NCBI RefSeq assembly: GCF_964355755.1
Contig: NC_092670.1
Location: 8,608,201-8,672,200 of the forward strand
Length of the DNA: 64,000 nucleotides
From: Antedon mediterranea
Taxonomy: Eukaryota; Animalia; Echinodermata
Direction: 5' to 3'
The translations under genes and the position numbers were made by a program. Shown piece after piece: positions 23,501 through 35,500 of this stretch (position 1 is the stretch's first letter; the number at the start of each line of letters is the position of its first letter). A model generated the notes under the pieces. The model did no database searches. It saw only the letters and a program-made list of their open reading frames with translations, and was not told where the DNA came from.

Positions 23501-26500
23501 CTACAACTCTGAAACATGGGGACTCACAAAAGAAGAAGCACATAAACTCGACACATTTCACAGACAGCAACTTCGCAAAATCATAGGTATCAGGTTCCCA
23601 GACAGGATATCGAACATAAATTACCGATTTCATTAGAAATAGTCGACGCAAGATGGAGACTATTGGGTCACATACTTAGACAAGACCCATGTACACCAGC
23701 CAACACAGCAATAAGCTATTATTTCAGCAACACTACCAATATAAAATTTCGATGAAGACCGAGAACCACCCTACCAATAACTCTCAGCAACGACCTACTC
23801 ACCCTTTATAAGCATAATACAGACATTAAGTATCCCGGGCAATTGAAAACCAAGAAAGACATGAAACAACTTAAAGAACTAGCCAATGAAAGATCAGACT
23901 GGAAGAAACTAGTAAAAGAGATTTACGGAGCAGCCCAAGCGGAAATGTCGGCAGACTTTTCAGCGGAAAGGCAGTAATAATATAATATATACGTACATGA
24001 CGTCGCGAGTTTGGAATCCACTGATGACGTGATTTTGTGAATATCTCATGAATATTAATGAGCTTCCCTAAGCTGCTGAAAAACAGACTTTCCATGAATT
24101 TACCCTAAAATGTATATGAAATTAATTTTTTTTAATTTCTCGTTATTACTTCTTCACTCTGACATGTCTATATTGTTATGATATTTTTTATTTAATAAAT
24201 AAACGATATTTAAAAGCAATTTTAAACCCAGAATCCCCCTTTAATCACATCAAAGTAATGTGCAATAAATGTTAACAAATATATTTTCCCCTTTAAACTT
24301 GCCTAATTCTTTTTCCCTATCATGCAATTAAAGTATAGTGCACCCAATGACATACATATTGTATTTCATATTTTAAATTAAGGATTTAATATGAATTGAT
24401 GGTTTTTAAATAAATAATCATCACCATTGCAGATGTTTGTAGATCAGTACTAGAGCCTTTTTTTAATCTTAAAGTTGCAACATGTCTATTTTATAGCATG
24501 TAATTTTCAACCAATAAGCCTTAATTATGATTTATTTCAGGATGGAAACACCCCAGTACATCTATATTTTAGCTTATTCAGGACAGGTGATCGTCGGTTG
24601 TGGGGTAATATAATTGAATTTGAGATACTGAACAGGCTTGTACATCCAGATTTTTTAACCACATCAAACAAAGTAATGTACAATACATTTTAACAAATAA
24701 TTTAAATTATTTTTATACTGTTTATGAAATTAAATTATAGTGTACCCAATGTAATGGCATAGCAAAGTATTGTATTTCATCTTTATCAAATTACAAAGTG
24801 GGAAAGATACATTTGGAAATAAAAGAAAAAACATACTGTTATTTTTGTATTATGAATTGTAGGTTTAACATTATCGATGGGGCTTTTTTACTATATATGT
24901 TACTACATAATTCATATTTTTAACATTATGGGGTTTTTTTAATCGCTAAAGTTTAAAAAAATGTGTTGAAATTGTATGTTCTTTCATAAGTATTTATCTT
25001 AGACAAACGCAAGTTATTAAAATCACTGATGTGGCTTGAAACTAATTTTTCTTTTGCATTACGGATGGTGTCACGAACTCCTCTCACGTATGTTTCCGAG
25101 CGGTTGAAAATACTTTAGGAACTCCCTTGTGACATAAAAGTATACACACAAAATCCACAAAGTTGTAAAAATAACTCAAAACAAAGCTTTAATTTCAATC
25201 AACTTCAACTTTTAACATTCCAGTAAGCACTTTAAACAACAGCTTCACAATAACTTTACAATATAATATCCAACCTCTAATCCAACAACCTTACAATAGT
25301 TTACATCCCTTTATATACAAGATGCTCCTCCTATCCTTCTAGATCATTCTTTATACTTCTCATTATGACATGATTACAGTTTCTATTAATAGCGCTTCTG
25401 GAATGTTCTTAATTGTTTTTATTAATTATACATGGTTTCTTAAATCAAAACACCTTACTGTATTCTAGAATGTTCATGTAAATACTATGTTACTCTATAT
25501 GTTAGGGAATGGTAATTTATTACACTCCCCCCTCTTTCTTGGAGTTTTGAGGGGCAAGTACACGGACGTGGCAAAATATAACATTTTCGTTCTAGAAACC
25601 CTGTTTAAATATGTGTATATAAATTAAAACTACATTACGTGAAAACCAAATTCTCATTACAAACAAAATGTAAGAAACAAGTAACTTATAAACATTAAAA
25701 CCTATTTTGTCTATTTGTAAAGTAACCCTTGCTTTAAGTTAATGGTTTTCGTGACAACCCGTCAGCATTACCATTAGAAATACCCCTTCTATGTACAACA
25801 GTAAAGCAATAAGGTTGTAAATCAAGACTCCATCTAGTTAGTCTTTTGTTTGTCTCTTTCATTTCAACCAACCATTTGAGTGGTTGATGGTCAGTAACGA
25901 TCTTAAATTTTTTCCTAGTAGATAATATCGGAGACTTTCGACAGCCCGTTTTATAGCTAAACACTCTTTCTCTATAGTTGCATAATTCTGTTCCCTTGGG
26001 AACATCTTACGACTAAGATACAATACTGGATGGTCAGTACCATCAGGACCTAGTTGACTAAGTACTGCACCTAACCCTCGATCTGACGCATCTGTTTGCA
26101 GTATAAACTCTGCATTAAAATCTGGGTTTCGTAACACAGGGTCTGAACATAACGCCTGTTTTAACTTTACAAGTGCATCTTCGCACTCAGGCGTCCATTT
26201 GATTTTATCTGGATGTTTTTTCCCCGTCAGATCAGTTAGAGGTGCTGCAATGTCAGCATAATTAGGAATAAACTTTCGGTAGTACCCTCTCAGCCCAAGA
26301 AAAGATTTAACATCCTTCTTAGTTTTAGGTTTTTCCCAATGTACTACCGCTTCTACCTTAGTCTTTTGAGGACGTATCATTCCCTCTCCAACTACATACC
26401 CTAAATAATGCACTTTACTATATGAAAAACTACATTTTGCAGGTTTGACTGTCAGATTAGCTTGTCTGAAAAATGTCCCTAAGATGATGGATATGACTTT

Positions 26501-29500
26501 CCCAGTCTGGACTAAATATTACCAGATCATACATATAAGCTGCTGCATAAGATTCTTTCTTACGCAACAGTTGATCCATCATTCTTTGAAACGTTGCAGG
26601 AGCCCCATGCAAGCCAAATGGTAAATACTTAAATTGGTACAAACCCATTGGTGTTGAAAAAACTGTATATGGTTTTGACCGTTCAGTTAAGGGAACCTGC
26701 CAGTAACCTTTACATAAATCTAACTTCGTTATAAATTTAGCAGGACCAACCCTGCCTATTATTTCATCTATTCGAGGCATTGGATATGCATCAAACTTGC
26801 TCAGACTATTCACTTTTTTGTAATTTACGCAAAAGCGAGCTGTACCGTCCGGCTTTGGTACCATTATATAAGGAGAGAACCAGGGACTGTGAGACTCCTC
26901 TATTACCCCAAGTTCCAACATAGATTCTATCTCTTCTTTTACTTTGCCTAACTTAGCCTGAGGAATTGGATAAGCTCTTAATCTAACTGGGTGTACCCCT
27001 AAGTTCATTTCAATATCATGCTTTATTACAGTAGTTTTCCCTGGCTTATCCTGTAACACTGAGTCAAATTCAGAAAACACCTCTGCTAAATCTGAAAGCT
27101 GAGATTCATCTAATCCTTCACCAGAATCTAAGGTTAAATTGGAACTAGAAACATTTGACCAAGAAATGTCCTTATGCTGACCCTCGTCTTGTCCAGTTAC
27201 ATCATTTATAGCCAGCATAACCTCCATAGTTCTACGATGAAATTGTTTTAAAAGATTTATGTGGTAGACTTGACTTTTTCCGTTTATCATTAGTTTCCAC
27301 CTCATAGTTTACTGGCATTAATTTCCTTAAAACCTTGTATGGACCTTGCCATTTTGCCTCTAATTCATCGTTACTAGATGGTAAGAGTAATAGGACTTCA
27401 TCACCTGGACTAAATTCTCTACAAACAGATTTCTTATCATATTTGTGTTTTTGCCTTATTTGGGATAGTTCAATGTTTTCCTGGACTAGATCTTTCATTG
27501 AAGTTAACCTATCTCTCATTTTAACAACGTGTGAAACCACACTTTGAGGACTTGTCACCGTGCCTGTCCACATTTCTTTCATTATATCAAGTGGACCTCG
27601 TACCTTCCAACCATACAATAATTCAAATGGGGAGAACCCAGTAGACTCCTGCGGTACCTCCCTATAAGCAAATAATAGGTACGGAAGCAATTTATCCCAT
27701 TCTCGGGGATCATCCTGAACAAATTTCCTTATCATAGGCTTGAGGGTGCCATTAAATCTTTCCACTAATCCATCGGTTTGTGGATGGTAGGGGGTGGTAG
27801 TCAAGCCCTTAATTCAGAGCCATATATATAAAGAGTTACGACATTGAAGATTAGAAGCTATGTTTGTGTCAAAGAATTCGCACGCTGAGGGCGTGCGCGT
27901 CTATTTTGTATAGCGTTTTCCTGTAGTTCATGCATTATTTTTAGATTTTTTTTGTCTATGAAATAACGCTTATATTCCGTTTTTATTTAGTAATTAATTT
28001 TATTAATTTTGTAAACTAACATATATATATTGTGTCTATAATAACAAAAGAATAAATGCTAGGGCCTACATGCAAGTCAGGATACATCAAAGCATGAACC
28101 AATACAAATTCACCCCTCTTTTTATACAGTGTATACTCTCCGTGTGTTTTTGATACAAACTTCATTTCATTTCATTTGTAATAATTTGCCTTTATTATTT
28201 TAATATTGTTCATACCCTATTTAATATATTAACAAATATATCCACGACACTTTCTTATTTTATTTAGTCATCAAAGCATGCATTATGAATTGAAAATATT
28301 ACATAATTGTTATTAATAGGACGTAGTTATGGGATGTTTCGTTCCAAAATCAATAAATCGAACTTTATAATGTACTAGCGCACGCGCGCGCAATATTCTT
28401 TGCCGCAAGTACTTCTGTACGCCGTGCACATCGATATTTCACCGTAAAATGTGCAATTACATGTTTTTAAATATAATAAAAAGTTTGAAGTATTTTCTTG
28501 CTCCTATACTTTACATGAATTAACGGAGACAAGTTTGACACAAATTGATCTGCATATCAGGTGGCTATAATCCAATGTCGTAACTCTTTATATATGGCTC
28601 TGCCTTAATTGAAAGTAACTTATAAATCTGACTCAACAACTTAGAGGTAAAGTTTGAACCTTGATCGGTTAAAATTTCCGTTGGTAAATTTCCCTGGAAA
28701 ATAATTTAATCAACTCATCCGCTATCTTTGGAGCTTCAATACTTCTCAGCGGGATAGCCTCAGTATATCGAGTTGCATAATCACATATAACTGTCGGAGA
28801 CTGAAATTATATTACTATTATTTTGTTACTTTTATTGAGAATGATTCTATTCAATTTATTCATATTTTACACTTAAATAATTATTTTGATTGGAACTACT
28901 TTATTATTATAGAATGTTTGCCTTGGTGATTTTGTACGTATGCGCATTAATATTTATATAGCGTCGTTGTTATAAGGTTGTGGGGAGAGCAATTACCTCG
29001 TGGGAGTTGAGATAAAAGCTCGAGGAGGATAAGCTGTGTTTAAGAAGAGTTTCAAGATTGTTAGTTTGTTATTTTTTGCGAAAAAAACCACTTTAATTAT
29101 GGTTGGTGTTACTGACAATTGCAGACTGCAGTAAATTGAGCTGATTTGAGAGCAACTTGTTTTTAATTGTAACTATATTAAGCTGTGTTAGTGTTACAGG
29201 AGGGCATTGCAGGTATTGTGATTGTTTAATAACATTACTATTTTGAGGACTTGCTATGATATAATTTCCCGAGTTAAAGATGTGTTATTGGCTGAATGCT
29301 ATAATGATGTAAACTGATGGAGATAGATAACTTTGAGAAGTTATTATTTGAGTTGTATTCTTTATGATAAATTAAGAGGTATAAGTTGAAGAGTTTACCT
29401 TATATCATTGTAATGTTATTTTTCTCTGATTGGTATTACAGGGGTGATTGTGTGTTTTAGTCTGTTTAATGATTCGATTTATGGTCCAGTTATAATAAAC

Positions 29501-32500
29501 GTCTTACAACGTAAATACAGAGTCCGAGGTTCATTCTTTTGTTCTTTGTGTGTGGCCCACGACATAACCAAGACATATTTATTTCCTGTCTTACTCCGTG
29601 CTAGTGGACCAACAATGTCCATAGCGATTCGGCGGAATGGTTCACTGATTTATTGGCATAGGAATCATCAGGGCCTTCAATTTAGTTTTATACTTTGAAG
29701 TTTTCTGACAACTCTCACAAGTGTTGCAATATTCCGTCACATCCTTTCTAATACCAGGCCAAAAGAATCTCTGCTTTATCCTATCTAATGTCTTTTTCTT
29801 ACCTAAATGACCTGCCAAAGGAATATCATGTGAGACTTTCAATACACTATGACGGCAAGGGTATGGAACTACTAATTACTCTATTGGTTCTCTCTGGTGT
29901 TTAGTGAAAACTTGCCTAAATAAAATTCCATCCTTACAGACTATCGTTATAGTGTCATCATCTTTCTGTACTAACATCTGTTCTCGAAGTGGAATTAAAG
30001 TTCTATCCTTAACCTGATAATCCTTAATTTTATCTCTGCCAATATCTAAAATGTTTAATTCACTATATTGGCTAGATTGAGCTTCCTTTGTTTTTGCAAA
30101 CTCTTTCCTAACTTTTTGTTTTTCACTTTTGGTTTTATAAACTTTTTCCTTGGGAGGGTTGTCACTGAGTAGTTGGCCATCTAAATGTCCAAATTCTTCT
30201 TGAAAATTAACCACATCATCTAACTGACGTGAAATAACCCCAGAAGCTTTTTCCGAATTTAATTTGTTTTCCTCTTTTAGTTTTTCTTTTCTAGCATGAT
30301 CTCTATTGGCAACAAAACTATGCCTATCATGATTCTTATTCCCCTTCCCTAATAAGTCTCCAAATTTAGGAAAGTCCCTACCAAGAATTACATCTCTTGG
30401 TAAATTGCTGCAAACGCCAACCAGCAAATTATGGTCTTCGTTATTAACCTTAATATTGACGAATGCAGTAGGATAGGCTTGGACATGGTCATGGACGCAC
30501 CTGCATGTAATTTTAGCTTGCTCTGCGCGATTAATTTTCTTAGCCGCTACTAAATCAGAATGAACAAGTGTCATATCGCATCCAGAGTCTATCAAAATTT
30601 CACAATCACATCCTTGAAACAGTATCTGTCTTTGTCGAAAAAAAGCCATCCTTACTTCGACAAAATCGTTCAATATGGCCTACTTTTTTGCACCATCTAC
30701 AAACGAGAGGTTGTCTAGCGTCAGATTGTGATTTCTGAAAGTTATCAGGGGGATTATTATTACCCTTACTGTCAACTTCAGGAGTGCCTTTCACTGTTTT
30801 CTCCTGGTTGTTTCTATTTTCGTGTTTTCTATTTTGAAACTTTTTCTCAAAATCGATACCTTTTCTAGCTTGAAAATAATTATCTGCTAATTCTGCAGCA
30901 TTTAATCCAAAATCTGGCTTATGTTCTTTAACCCAAATTTGTACCCCTGTGGGCATAATATCTATCAATTGCTCTAAAATAACAATTTCAGCTAAATCAT
31001 CTTTGCTTTTATCAGCAGGCCTAGCCCACTTAGTAAATAAATCTTTTAACCTATTAACATACATTTCTCTATAACTTTCTTCACTTTTTTTTTTAATTGA
31101 CCTAAATCTTTGTCTATATGTCTCTTCAGTTATGTCATACCTTTGTAATATTGCTTTCTTCACTATGTCGTACTGGTTACTTTCTGTCACTGGTAGTGAT
31201 GCATAGGCTGCCCTTGCTTTGCCTGTCAAATGTGGTATCAGTTTTACTACCCAGTGTTCTTTTCGCCACTAATATGTGTTAGCAATTCGTTCAAACGTAG
31301 TGAGATAATTTTCAATATCATCACTATCAGAAAGTTTTGCAATCTGAACTTCCTTCAATTTCATTATGTCTTTTAATCGTCTCTCCTCACTGTCCTTTTT
31401 TCTTATCCATTAAGGCCATTACTAATGCTTGCTGTTTCTCCATATCTTCCTTACGTCTTTCAATATCTTCTTGACGTAAACGTTCTTGTCTTTCCATATC
31501 TTCTTTGCTTAAACGTTCTTGTTTATTCATATCTTCTTTGCGTAAACGTGCTTGTTGTTCCATGATCTGCTGCATCAAAAGATTCTGTTGTTGCATTTGT
31601 TGCTGCAATTGTTGCTGCATTTGCTGCTGCATCAACAACAAAACATCTTTTGAAGATGAGTCAGCCCCTGTAGGGTTATGTCCACTGGTTGGTCCAGACT
31701 CTTCTACCTGTTGTTCAGGTTGTAGGCCTATTGACTGAACCAATTCTACATCAGAATCAGATTCATCGCCGCCGCTGTATTTTCTACCGGATCTTGTTGT
31801 TGATTGTTTATCAGCCATATTTTAAATCTGGATGAGGGTCTTGTTACTAGTTAATCGTAGTTACCGAGACGTTCACAAGTCTACTGTTCCAAATAAATAA
31901 TGTACTGTTCTTAAAACAATGTTTGTGTACTTACGATTAAACAAAACGTAGCACCACGGCTTCCGTAAAATATCACAGTATCGTAAGTACCGCTTTCACA
32001 AAATATCAATAAAGTACAGTTGATCCTAAAACAGTCACCAATCTATGGCAAAATACAGTAGATCAAACTGCTACCACAAAATATCACAACAGTACTGTAG
32101 ATAAATACACAGTTACGTCGAACAGTAGATCGAAATAACCGCTGCCACCAAATTATGTCACGAACTCCTCTCACATATGTTTCCAAGCGGTTGAAAATAC
32201 TTTAGGAACTCTCTTGTGACATAAAAGTATACACACAAAATCCACAAAGTTGTAAAAATAACTCAAAACAAAGCTTTAATTTCAATCAACTTCAACTTTT
32301 AACAATCCAGTAAGCACTTTAAACAACAGCTTCACAATAACTTTACAATATAATATCCAACCTCTAATCCAACAACCTTACAATAGTTTACATCCCTTTA
32401 TATACAAGATGCTCCTATCCTTCTAGATCATTCTTTATACTTCTCATTATTAAATGATTACAGTTTCTATTAATAGCACTTCTGGAATGTTCTTAATTTT

Positions 32501-35500
32501 TTTAATTAATTATACATGGTTTCTTAAATCAAAACACCTTATTCTAGAATGTTCATGTAAATACTATGTTACTCTATATGTTAGGGAATGGTAATTTATT
32601 ACAATGGAGTAACCGATATTGAACTTATATACCAAGTTTGAAATATTTTTGAATTCGAGAAATATTTTTTCTAGAAGTTTTTGTATGTGACTATTTCCCT
32701 GTGCCCATTTCCGCATAATTCTATCTGACTTTGCCTGTTCCACATCAGATTTTAGTTTCCTCCTTTCTTCCAATAATTCCCATGACTCTTTGCTGATCCA
32801 TGGTTTGTTCCCCTTCTTTTTGTAACCAAGAACTGTTTTTGCTTTTTCTTTGTAAGCATCCTCAAATTTTTGCCATAGTCTTTGAGTTCTATTGTAAATT
32901 TGGCTTTAACATTGGATATCTGTAGTTTAGTAGTGTCAAATTTCCTTCTGCTCAGTTTTTGATGCCGCTTTTGTTTCAGTTTGAGTTGAATTTTAGTGCG
33001 AACTAATTGGTGATCACTAGCTATGTCTGCTCCCCTCATGGCTCTTGTGTCCCTTATAGATGTTCTATGTTGCCTTCAAACTAAAACATGGTCAATTTGG
33101 TTATGTGTCCTTCCTTCTGGAGAAATCCATGTTACCGTGTGTATTCGTCGGTGGCAGAAGATGGTTGCTGTTATTACAAGGTTTTTGATACCACAGAAAT
33201 CAACTAATCTATCCCCATTATCATTTCTCTCCCCAATACCATGTTTTCCCATGATGCTTTCAAAGCCTGTATTGTCCTCGCCAACCTTAGCATTATGGTC
33301 TCCCATCACAATGAGAATGTCATGTTTGGGGGTTTTGTCTACAATAGATTGCAGCTGATCATAGAATTCATCTTTCTCTTCCTCACTTTTATCATTTGTA
33401 GGCGCATATGTTTGAATGATAGTTAACCTTCATAAATTTGGAGTAAAATCTGGCATAAATGAGTCTTTCGTTGATCGGTTTTCATTCTAACAGCGATTGC
33501 TCTACATTTTTTGACATCATAATTGCAACTCCCTGATTGTGCAAGTTGTCATCCCTTCCAGAAAATATGTCACTTTTGCCAGTGCTCAACTTAACTTTTC
33601 CTTGTCCTGTCCACCTACACTCACTAATTCCAAGGATATCGATGTTATACCTTGCCATGTCCACAGCTAGTTGTGCTGATTTTCCGATTGAATATAGTGT
33701 TCTTACATTCCAAAAACCAATATTTTATAATTTCTTTTGGCTTGGTTATCGACGTATTGGGCCGCTGAAGTTCCTCTCGGCTTTGATCCAGAAGCGTCAT
33801 ATTGGCTGCCATTTTGTGTTAATCACCATGTTGTTGTCATAGGCCTATCATTTTATGTGATTTCAATCAATTATTATACATCCTAAAGAAACTAAATCAG
33901 CTGGAATATTGCTTTTAACAAAAAAATGACACAAAATTACAATTGTGAATCAAATGTAGGCCTTGGCTTGGCCTACCTTTTATTTCATTCAAATGACAGG
34001 AATCTATTTTGATGTTATTTATATAAAACAAACAATAATGTTTCATATTCATGTAATGGTATAATGGAATTTGGTGAATGATGAAAGGTTATATCAACTC
34101 GGTTTCGCCTAGTTGAAATATAACCTTTCATCAGTCACCACATGCCATTATTTGTACCATTCCACTTTTTAAACATTCATTGTTTGTATACTATACTGCA
34201 GTTTACACTGTTACGAGCCGTACTACTATAACATTAGGTGTGTAAACATGTGCAACCAAACAGCAACTGAGCTAAGTAAAACGAATACCAGCTACAGTAA
34301 CATCTAATATAAAACAAAGGAACAAAAGAAATTCAAAACAAAAGGCCAACACACTGTGCTAGCATGGTGTCCTCCTAAACACCAAGCCCAACTAAGCCCT
34401 ATCAATTATAACCAAGCCCTATCAATATGAAATGTAAATTATACAAAATAGGATGTGTATGTGTTAATTTCATTTTGGTGTAAAAAATTTAAAAAAATAA
34501 TCGATCAAGAGCCTCGAGAATGTACAATCCGTCAGAAATGTGCAATAGGTGTGGTGAATTTTGTCCAAGATGGGGAAATTTCTGTCCAGAATGGGGAAAT
34601 ATTTTGTCCAGAATAAGGACAAAAGCGATAGGTGGCGCTATAATCGTGTCCAAGATGGGGAAGCTGTCCAATACAGAGAAATCCGATTTGTCCAAAATGG
34701 GGAAATTTCTGTCCAAGATGGGGAACTGGTGGCGCTATATCGTGTCCAAAATGGGGAAATTTCTGTCCAGGATGGGGAAGTGGTGGCGCTATATCGTGTC
34801 CAAAATGGGGAAATTTCTGTCCAGGATGGGGAAGTGGTGGCGCTATATCGTGTCCAAAATGGGGAAATTTCTGTCCAGGATGGGCTTATGCTGTGTCAAA
34901 AATAGGCAAGCTGTCCATATAGAGAAATCAGATTTGTCCAAAATGGGGAAATTTCTGTCCAGGATGGGGAAATTTCTGTCCAGAATGGGGAAATTTCTGT
35001 CCAGAATGGGGAAGTGCTGTGTCCAAGACGGTGGAGCTGTCCAATATAGAGAAATCCGATTTGTCCAAAATAAAGACATTTCTGTCCAAAATTGGGAAAT
35101 ACTGTGTCTAAAATAGGGAAGCTGTACAATATAGAGAAGGCAAAACATTAACAACATAAGAAAATTTTTTTTGTTTTAAAAACTTTAATTAAGTTCACAC
35201 TTCTAATCTGAAAACATTACAAAATGTACACAATAATAACAGTACTATGTTAACAGTTTAAAAGTACATTTGAAGTGGAAAGTGTTCTATTAATTAAATA
35301 ATTAACACCGTTATCAGCTAATTTTAAGTATAACAAACATTTAGTGAGGGATGTGGTTTCAATTTACTTCTAAAGTAAATTTTCACTGAATGTACACATT
35401 TATCTGACGTTAAAAACTACAGTATATTATATTAAATTCCAACCATAAAAACCACAACAGAAAGTAGTACCGTCACCGCCCTTATTATACCACATCAAGA

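Larger units (their letters stand above)
20312..24259 (+). pseudogene. Dead type A ankyrin exon (acceptor and GNTPLH lost), split by a transposon
   Basis: atctatatttgagt...cagagtttagcttatcatctg...ggtattaaattagagaaactg...aaagatgcaTTAA resumes after the insertion as TTAAtcacatcaaagtaatg. A further exon 3'-end remnant lies at ~20020-20048. Confidence 0.75.
25069..32603 (-). mobile_element. Full-length Gmr1-like Gypsy LTR retrotransposon (gag-PR-IN-RT-RH), degenerate
   Basis: LTRs 25069-25524 and 32156-32603 (TG...CA); TSD ATGG; PBS tggtggcagcggtt (tRNA-Leu-type) near 32137-32150; PPT next to 25525. SCAN-like gag with CCHC (30606-31818), protease LIDSG (30673-29876), integrase (29842-27232), then RT (27305-26457) and RNase H (26413-25734); frameshifts and stops. 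Confidence 0.95.

Noticed and set aside
31387-31818. Poly-Gln ORF as a host gene
   Set aside because: Lies between the PBS and the SCAN-like capsid; it is the frameshifted N-terminus of the retrotransposon gag.
34489-35157. Five overlapping ORFs with repetitive peptides
   Set aside because: By-product of a stop-poor minisatellite; no splice signals linking them to the gene.
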